From Giardia intestinalis (taxonomy: Eukaryota), in NCBI GenBank assembly GCA_000002435.2, contig CM018792.1: DNA of 64,000 bases, one strand, 5' to 3'. Shown piece by piece: positions 57,896 through 64,000 of the stretch. The position numbers and the translations under genes are program-made. Under the pieces are notes generated by a model. It did not search any database. It worked only from the letters and a program-made list of their open reading frames with translations, and was not told where the DNA came from. The first letter of the stretch is position 1; the number at the start of each line of letters is the position of its first letter.

Positions 57896-59785
57896 ATGCC
57901 GCGATTGCCCAGACCTCCACCAAATCCCAACGCAACGCTGAGCAAGACTACGCCACAAGAGAGCGTTTTACTGCCAGGGTATAAGACCCCAAGAGTTAAC
58001 GAAACTAGCCAACCACTCACCGCAGCAGATCCGAATACGGAGCTCCCAGCCATAGGAAACACCGCCGCATCCCTGCAGGCTGCTCGAGCTCAAGTGCCGG
58101 CCAGTGCCGTCGAAAAGGAATTCATATACAATCTTCAACAGCAGGTCTATTTCTTGGAGCTCCAGTCAAAGCTGCTCCGCGACAAACTCGTTGACGCAGG
58201 GCCAAAACTAAAGTCACGCTCAGTAGAGGCAAACCCTGCATTTGACAAGTCTCTTGATGCAGCTCTTCCTCTTCAGGAATACATAGAAGGCTTACGTAAC
58301 GCTTATTCAGAGTTGGAGTCTAAGTATCAAGCAGATTCCAAGGAGTTGAAAAGTAAGTATGAGGCTGCACAGCATGATCTAGCCGCTGCCACCGCTGAAA
58401 TTGCTTATTTGAAGAAGAAGACGGAAGACTTCCCGAAGGAGTTAGCACGAGCATCTAACCAGATGGTTGCACAACTTCAAAAGCTAAATGAGGAGCGTGA
58501 GGCATTGGATGCCCAGTTGAAGGAGGCGAACCTTGACATAGATCATCTCCGTGATGAACTCGCAGTGACCAAGTCTCAGCTTGAGCTGCGGACAGCAGAG
58601 CTTGCAGATACCTGTCGGGAAAAGCAGATTCTGGAGCAGCAGGTCCATGACGTAGAGCGTAACTTTCTTTCTGCTTCTAAAGCTGAAGAGCGAGAGCGAT
58701 GTCTTGCTGAAGCACTTGCAGATCTGAAGAAGCTCAAGGCAGACATGGGCTACCTCCAAACGGAGCTTAACGATACACGAGCGTCTGAGAAAAAGGCATC
58801 AGATATGCGCTGGGAAATGGATCGAACAATCGAGGAGCACAAACTAACAATCAGCGAGCTTAATTCCTCTGTTAAGCATCTACGGGAAGAAAATAAGCTA
58901 CTTTCTAATTCTTTATCAGAGGCTCGGAGAAAGCTTGAGGAGCTCGCCACTAAGGAATCCCTCAGTCGAAAGAAGTATGATGAGTTGAATAACGAATCCA
59001 CAGACCTCTTGCGGGATGCACGGACCCAGGCAGAGCTGCATAAGCGACAGATAGGTGAGGCAGAGTCTCGAAGGAAATTCTACGAGGCACAGAATCTTGA
59101 CCTGCTGAGAGATAAAGAGTACCTGGAGAAGACTAATGACTCAATCAAGAGCATGCAAGAACTTCTGTCTCGCAAGCTAGATGAGTGCCGAGCAGAGCTG
59201 GCTGCCTCACAGGAAGCAGCTCACACACACGCAGCGTCCCTCAAGACCCTGGAGCAGAGGCTGGCTATGGCATTGGAGGAGAACCAGATGAGCGCAAACC
59301 AGATAGACGGATTCAAGCGGATCATTGAGCGGAGCTGTGCCGAACTAGATCTCAAGGATAGGGAGATAGATGCTTACAAGGCTTTAGTTTCTATAGACCC
59401 AGAAGAATTTATGCGACTTCAGCAAACAAACCATGAGTTGGCCCTCAAGCTCAACGGCTTCAACACAAGGTTCTCCAGGCTGGGGAGCGATGCCAGGGAA
59501 TTCATTCAAAGCGGCTGGAAGCTGTCACGGAACCAAGAGCTGGCCAAGGCCAGCGCCGGCTTCCATGAGATAGAGCCAGGACCGGACTCTTGCTCCCCAG
59601 ACAGCTTTGACGCCCGGGCAGCAAGTGAAAAGATGCGGACGGACAAAGATAGACAAGGAAGACGCACCGAACTCTCTATGGGTGATCAGATGCGTCAGCT
59701 TGCGGCAGACATGCTTCAAGAAACCCGAGGACAGCTGGGCTTCAACAGCGAAAACGACCAGAATGTCGAAGACTTTCGCAAGTAA
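57896..59785 (+). CDS. coiled-coil protein, 629 aa (Pro-rich N-terminus, then long heptad-repeat region)
   Basis: Extended Glu/Leu/Lys-rich heptad-like sequence (LQQQVYFLELQSKLLRDKL...). Stop overlapped by an AGTAAAT motif. Confidence 0.6.
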   Translation: MPRLPRPPPNPNATLSKTTPQESVLLPGYKTPRVNETSQPLTAADPNTELPAIGNTAASLQAARAQVPASAVEKEFIYNLQQQVYFLELQSKLLRDKLVDAGPKLKSRSVEANPAFDKSLDAALPLQEYIEGLRNAYSELESKYQADSKELKSKYEAAQHDLAAATAEIAYLKKKTEDFPKELARASNQMVAQLQKLNEEREALDAQLKEANLDIDHLRDELAVTKSQLELRTAELADTCREKQILEQQVHDVERNFLSASKAEERERCLAEALADLKKLKADMGYLQTELNDTRASEKKASDMRWEMDRTIEEHKLTISELNSSVKHLREENKLLSNSLSEARRKLEELATKESLSRKKYDELNNESTDLLRDARTQAELHKRQIGEAESRRKFYEAQNLDLLRDKEYLEKTNDSIKSMQELLSRKLDECRAELAASQEAAHTHAASLKTLEQRLAMALEENQMSANQIDGFKRIIERSCAELDLKDREIDAYKALVSIDPEEFMRLQQTNHELALKLNGFNTRFSRLGSDAREFIQSGWKLSRNQELAKASAGFHEIEPGPDSCSPDSFDARAASEKMRTDKDRQGRRTELSMGDQMRQLAADMLQETRGQLGFNSENDQNVEDFRK

Positions 59786-59787
59786 AT
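59781..59787 (+). promoter_or_regulatory. AGTAAAT polyadenylation motif overlapping the stop codon of the coiled-coil gene
   Basis: cgcaAGTAAATtca. TAA is at 59783-59785. Confidence 0.45.
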
Positions 59788-59811
59788 TCACTCGTTACTG
59801 GCTCTGTCAGC

Positions 59812-60519
59812 TCATCCAATGTGAGACCCGTCAGGAACCTCGACGAAAACAGGGCCGTACTCGTCAGCCACAAGTGTTAAGTCACCTAGCATGACAATAT
59901 TATCCTTAGAGGTAAGGTGCTCGGCCATACGGCTGAAGTTCTTCTTGGGGTCTGTAGCAGGGGCTGGTGCGAGAGGCCTTGGGTCCTTATCTGTGTAGCC
60001 TGAAGGCACTATTCGAGTCCCTGGCGGCGCTGTCTGAGGCGGAAGGCATAGCTTGACAAGTTCCTTCTCGTCTTCCGTGCCGCATGATCCGCAAAAGAGC
60101 ATGGCGTTCGAGACGATGGCACCTCCTGCCATAGGCCGGGGCTTCAAGTTCAAGATTGTCATGATTCGCTTGCCGACGAGCTCCTCTGGAGTGTAGTATT
60201 TGGCGATTCCTGCAGCAAACTCACGCGTTTCACCACCCCCGATATCAATGGTCAGGACTAGAAGCTTCTCAGAGTAGTCTGGAATTGCACACGTGAGGAT
60301 TTGAGACACACGAATGTCACACTTTTCAAAGGCCGCAACAGACGGTGGCAGCTCTGCTGCAGGTGGCTCAGACGGGGCTGCGCCCTTCTTCTTCCCCTCT
60401 CCTTTCTTCTTGGTCACTGGGGCAGAAGCCTCTCCCAGGTGAGCCCCGAGCTTATCGATAAGGGACTCCACCGCCAAGATATCGCTGCTCAGGGGTCCTG
60501 TCTGGCCAGACTCTGCCAT
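59812..60519 (-). CDS. tRNA-binding protein (Arc1p / AIMP1 / EMAP-II-type Myf domain)
   Basis: FEKCDIRVSQILTCAIPDYSEKLLVLTIDIGGGETREFAAGIAKYYTPEELVGKRIMTILNLKPRPMAGGAIVSNAMLFCGS matches the tRNA_bind OB-fold (ldlRVGkIle...hPdADKLyvckVDvG...R.IvSGla.yy..eeLvGr.vvvl.NLKP.klrGv.S.GMlL.as). Lys-rich linker upstream. Confidence 0.75.
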   Translation of the reverse strand: MAESGQTGPLSSDILAVESLIDKLGAHLGEASAPVTKKKGEGKKKGAAPSEPPAAELPPSVAAFEKCDIRVSQILTCAIPDYSEKLLVLTIDIGGGETREFAAGIAKYYTPEELVGKRIMTILNLKPRPMAGGAIVSNAMLFCGSCGTEDEKELVKLCLPPQTAPPGTRIVPSGYTDKDPRPLAPAPATDPKKNFSRMAEHLTSKDNIVMLGDLTLVADEYGPVFVEVPDGSHIG

Positions 60520-60639
60520 GGCAATCAGTAATCTAAACTATATCGTATAATTTTACGCCTGCTTAATTTTATTCGTGCCAAGCGGCTAATGAATATTGAA
60601 TTGTAATTCCACTTCCGCAATTTCGTGTTGAGTAAAGGG
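60520..60639. promoter_or_regulatory. 120-bp A/T-rich divergent spacer (putative bidirectional promoter)
   Basis: Between minus ATG 60519 and plus ATG 60640. Sequence includes ctaaactatatcgtataattttacgcctgcttaattttattcg. Confidence 0.35.
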
Positions 60640-62082
60640 ATGACAGCCGTTGAATACAAGGAGAAACTCTGCGAAACCGTCCTCTACTACAAGAATAAGA
60701 ACTTCAAGCTTGTCTTTTACAACGACAAGTGCACCAAGTTTGATCTCTACGATGCTATTGGCCGCAAGAGCTACACTTACGAATTCAAGGACACGATCTT
60801 CAACGGGATCTACGCGTTTCCAGGCCCCTGCGGAACGTATTTCGTAACACGCAACTCTTACCTCTTTGTCCTCAAGTATCCGGCTTGCCGTGGATTCAAA
60901 CCAATCCTTCTCGACAACACGATCATCCGCATCCGTAACCCCGAGAAGAATGTGGAGTCTGTCTTCTACTACGGTGACCACAGCTTCGCGTATGTCCGCA
61001 AGGTCTTCAACGCGAAGTCCAATATGCACCACTATGTCTGCTTCCACTGCAACCACAACACACTCGTCAGGTCCATCGCTAAGTCCACCCCAGAGAAGGA
61101 GGACAGGCTAGGGAAGCTCCAGTCCCTCTACTCGAACGAGCACGTGCTCTGCATCACGTCTCTCAAGAAGGCCGAGACGAAGCTTACCCGTGTCACCTTC
61201 CACGTTGACCCCGTCAAGCCCTATCGCTCGTGGTATCTTGCAAATCTTAGCAGTCTTCCTATGGCTTTCAGCGCCAAGAAGAACGCGGCAGATGGCTCTG
61301 ATCCCGTGCTTATGGAGTCTGAGAAGGAACTTGTTATAATTCAACCAGGGACGAGCATCTGCTGGAGGATGACCAAAGAGTCGGGTGGTGTCTCATCGGT
61401 CAACGAGGACAATAGCATAGATATGAGAAAGATCGAGCTCCCTAATGAGACTCATAAGAAGGTTGCTGAAAAGCACTTAGTAGCGAACTTCTCGCATGAG
61501 AATGCCCTCTACATGACAGACAACGAAGGATCTGTGTATAAACTCGACCTGAAGACCCTAAGCATTGAACCAGTCGGTGAGAACGAGGATGTCTCTTCGA
61601 TGGAGTATGTCTCTAAACTTCGCTCCTCCGTCTTTACTAATGATAGAGCGGAAGCGATGCAGCAGTCTGCCGTCGTCTCCTCGCTCACTTCTATCCTTGA
61701 TACCCAGGCGATGTCTGCCAGTAGGTCAAGTTCTACACAACAACCTGTCCTTCGCAAGGTTGAGATGGATGTTGGGACGACGCAGGACGAGCAGCTAAAG
61801 CACCTTGAGGCTGAGCCCAAGGCACCCAAGTCGATCTCTATCACCATAAAGAAGGGATCTAAGGAGCAGCCGCAACCAGCCGAAGAGGTCCTACAACCAT
61901 TAGCTACCGAAAACCAGACAGACGCTGCTGCCCTCATGATTGGGGCGGTCTCTGCTGCTGGCCTAGAAACCACCCCCGCTGTCGCGGCGGAGGAATCTTC
62001 TGCTAAGAGCGACGATGCCCCAGTTGCCTGCGACGCAGCTGCACTCTTGATCGGCGTTGTAGCGTCTGCGGGTCTCGAGTAA
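60640..62082 (+). CDS. hypothetical protein, 480 aa, with duplicated 15-aa Ala/Gly-rich C-terminal motif
   Basis: Track start 60625 is GTG. ATG at 60640. C-terminus contains AAALMIGAVSAAGLE (61924..61968) and AAALLIGVVASAGLE (62035..62079). AGTAAAT overlaps the stop (62078-62084). Confidence 0.5.
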   Translation: MTAVEYKEKLCETVLYYKNKNFKLVFYNDKCTKFDLYDAIGRKSYTYEFKDTIFNGIYAFPGPCGTYFVTRNSYLFVLKYPACRGFKPILLDNTIIRIRNPEKNVESVFYYGDHSFAYVRKVFNAKSNMHHYVCFHCNHNTLVRSIAKSTPEKEDRLGKLQSLYSNEHVLCITSLKKAETKLTRVTFHVDPVKPYRSWYLANLSSLPMAFSAKKNAADGSDPVLMESEKELVIIQPGTSICWRMTKESGGVSSVNEDNSIDMRKIELPNETHKKVAEKHLVANFSHENALYMTDNEGSVYKLDLKTLSIEPVGENEDVSSMEYVSKLRSSVFTNDRAEAMQQSAVVSSLTSILDTQAMSASRSSSTQQPVLRKVEMDVGTTQDEQLKHLEAEPKAPKSISITIKKGSKEQPQPAEEVLQPLATENQTDAAALMIGAVSAAGLETTPAVAAEESSAKSDDAPVACDAAALLIGVVASAGLE

Positions 62083-62102
62083 ATGAGGACTTGCAAAAAT
62101 AA

Positions 62103-63122
62103 ATGGCCGTCGTCACCTTCGGGGCGCTCCTCTCTCAGGCCTTGAACTGCTACTTCTACTGCCCCATCCATTGCTATCACAATCCTCTTGGCCACTTTGA
62201 GCCTCTCTTCAATGACATCGAGGCGGTTCCAGAGCTTAAGCGAACATTCTTCCTGGCACTAACCGAAGATCCCAATTACAGTGAAAAGTCTCTTGATCAA
62301 ATCAGGGCAAACTATAAAGCCAAGGTAAAGCGGATCATGGCGCTTCAAATGATTAAGAAGGCACTCTTACAGACCAACAAGTCACAGTACGTTCTCACTG
62401 CGGACGTGTACGCAGACTTTTTTGTAATACCCGATAACTGCCGATTCTTCATCAAAGAGACAAAGCAAGATGACAGCTTTCTTCGGTATTCAGACGAGTT
62501 CGAGGAAAAAGTTAATCTATTTCTTATCAAGACTGTTCAAGCCTATGCCCTTCAGCAATATGATCAGCTCGTTGCCCTCAGTAAGCGGTACGAAGACGCA
62601 CTTCCCATTGAGGACCCATTTGCAATATGTCTACGAGAGGCTGTTTCAGCTCCACCCGGAGCTGCACATGCACCTCTTGTGCGGTCCCATACCATCGCCG
62701 TGGAGGACGCTGAGATCCGTACCTTGTTGACTATGGACCCCAGCAAGCTTCTAGGGAACGAAACTGTCAGAAAGACTCTTGCAGAAGCTAAGGAAAGCAC
62801 AAAGGCCTTCTATCCGCTAACACAGACCTACCGTGAACCCAGTGACTATCATCTATTTCTGTTATCAAGCGCTCTCCATAGCATGCCGAGTGATAGCTAC
62901 AAAAGCCTTATTACTCATGCTTCTGAGTTTATGACGAAGAAGGCGGTTAAGTGCAACTCTTCTAGCCTAGATTTAGCCGCCCTTCCTTATCGTAATCTCT
63001 GGCTCTTCTTCACAAAGTCACTAGACTATGCGAAAAATCCGTATATTTTAGACATTGTAGCTGCTGTAGACAAGCATAATGAACGGCCATCCTCCGCATT
63101 AAAAAACCCTACTAGGACATAG
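62103..63122 (+). CDS. hypothetical protein, 339 aa
   Basis: ORF with ATG 62103, 20 nt after the preceding stop. No domain recognised. Confidence 0.5.
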   Translation: MAVVTFGALLSQALNCYFYCPIHCYHNPLGHFEPLFNDIEAVPELKRTFFLALTEDPNYSEKSLDQIRANYKAKVKRIMALQMIKKALLQTNKSQYVLTADVYADFFVIPDNCRFFIKETKQDDSFLRYSDEFEEKVNLFLIKTVQAYALQQYDQLVALSKRYEDALPIEDPFAICLREAVSAPPGAAHAPLVRSHTIAVEDAEIRTLLTMDPSKLLGNETVRKTLAEAKESTKAFYPLTQTYREPSDYHLFLLSSALHSMPSDSYKSLITHASEFMTKKAVKCNSSSLDLAALPYRNLWLFFTKSLDYAKNPYILDIVAAVDKHNERPSSALKNPTRT

Positions 63123-63139
63123 CCAACTCACGGCACAGC

Positions 63140-64000
63140 ATGCCAGATAGTAAGGTCAAGCTCAGGCATAGCTTTAAGACAGTATTTGCTTATGAGAGTA
63201 TTTCGTTGAAGCGTGATCCGGTTATTCTTGCTGTTGTACTTCTTACTCCCGCACTGATGGCTTTGGTTTTACATTGGCTTCTGTTTTACATTTTGAACGC
63301 CAATCTTATAGCAAGTGAGGTTGCTCTTCCGGTCTACCTTCCTCTAGAAAAGCTCAACCTTTCGCTGGAACGGTTTCGGTTGGGTGCGTCTTACACAGCC
63401 CCCGTTCTCTTCTATTATTCTCCTGCTACAGAGAAAGCGGAACGTTTGGCTTTTGAGATTATTGATTCTATTTCTACCTACAACAGAGGCCTTTTGGCGA
63501 GGCGAAGCATCAAGGATACAGCAGGTTTCTATTCCACCCTGACCGAGGCACACTACCCTATGTTCTACAGGGCGTTCGACAGCCCAGAAGAGATGAGCAA
63601 GTACTTTTCAGTGCCAATCTTTCATTCGACAAACTGTAGCTATAGGAGCTACGATGCTACAACGCTAGAGGATCTTATTGCTCAGCACGCTGCTCTTAAT
63701 TGTACAGGGACAATGATAGTGACCCCAGACACATACGCTAGATACAATCTCACAGAAGAATATGTTCAGGAGCATCCAGCCGAGCTGTTCCAGCCTGCCC
63801 TCTTTGCGCTAGACTTCTCTGAGATAGATGCGGGTGGAAATGTTATTATTTACTATAATAGTACGCTATTTTCTCAGTTAAAAGATCCTCTTACAAAATA
63901 CCTAGCAAAAGACTTTTACTCTACCACAGGAACAGTGTTTTACTTGGCTGTCCAGCGCGCAGTCTACGTCCTTAACGTCTATGGAGACATGGGACTGCGC
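63140..64000 (+). CDS. 5' part of a large membrane protein, possibly an ABCA-type ABC transporter (TM1 plus start of the large exocytoplasmic domain); partial, runs off the window end
   Basis: Open frame from ATG 63140 to base 64000 without stop (not in ORF track because incomplete). In-frame TAG at 63113-63115. Hydrophobic helix ILAVVLLTPALMALVLHWLLFYIL follows a short basic N-terminus, as in ABCA proteins. ...GTVFYLAVQRAVYVL resembles the ABCA ...GGFAYLQDVVEQAIIRVL segment. Confidence 0.35.
   Translation, partial: MPDSKVKLRHSFKTVFAYESISLKRDPVILAVVLLTPALMALVLHWLLFYILNANLIASEVALPVYLPLEKLNLSLERFRLGASYTAPVLFYYSPATEKAERLAFEIIDSISTYNRGLLARRSIKDTAGFYSTLTEAHYPMFYRAFDSPEEMSKYFSVPIFHSTNCSYRSYDATTLEDLIAQHAALNCTGTMIVTPDTYARYNLTEEYVQEHPAELFQPALFALDFSEIDAGGNVIIYYNSTLFSQLKDPLTKYLAKDFYSTTGTVFYLAVQRAVYVLNVYGDMGLR

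Noticed and set aside
1-64000. Prokaryotic interpretations (operons, CRISPR arrays, defence islands, Shine-Dalgarno sites)
   Set aside because: The gene content is unambiguously eukaryotic (dynein, 26S proteasome ATPase, SNAREs, Notchless, eIF1A). No direct-repeat arrays resembling CRISPR were seen.

Overview
This 64 kb window is a eukaryotic nuclear genome segment, not a prokaryotic locus. It is gene-dense and apparently intron-free, and most resembles a diplomonad (Giardia-like) chromosome.

I find about 37 protein-coding genes on alternating strands. Spacers range from 2 to about 120 bp, with four longer ORF-free gaps (about 360 to 730 bp). Short A/T-rich stretches sit directly against the ATGs, and AGTAAAT-type polyadenylation motifs overlap or closely follow stop codons.

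The centrepiece is a single uninterrupted 16.7 kb ORF (27513..44246, minus strand) encoding a 5577-aa dynein heavy chain. The other recognisable products are:
- a SurE-like nucleotidase, an ankyrin-repeat protein (Giardia protein-21.1 style) and a class-3 lipase;
- a Rex-type DEDDh RNA exonuclease and a DHHC(DHYC)-type palmitoyltransferase;
- eIF1A, NAA10/ARD1, a phosphohexomutase and a tRNA-dihydrouridine synthase;
- a SAPS/PP6-regulatory-like protein, a CHY zinc-finger protein and a two-domain AAA ATPase;
- a syntaxin (Qa-SNARE) and a Ykt6-like longin R-SNARE;
- proteasome ATPase Rpt4, Notchless/Rsa4, an SDR ketoreductase and an Arc1p/EMAP-II-type tRNA-binding protein;
- a truncated ABCA-like transporter at the 3' edge.

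About 15 further ORFs are conserved-looking but unidentifiable. I found no rRNA or tRNA genes, CRISPR arrays, transposons or introns.

The supplied ORF track treats TTG and GTG as starts. Several listed N-termini are therefore non-ATG extensions. I re-anchored those genes on the first in-frame ATG, which is almost always directly preceded by an A/T-rich element.

The most notable structural observations are:
- extremely small bidirectional promoters, including an 8-bp palindrome TTTTAAAA that forms the entire spacer between Ykt6 and Rpt4;
- a CCATGG site that may hold start codons for both strands;
- convergent genes overlapping by 14 to 16 bp;
- tandem genes separated by only 2 to 9 nt;
- a few unusually long ORF-free spacers that could hold ncRNAs or small genes.

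All functional calls rest on motifs I read directly in the translations. No database search was possible.
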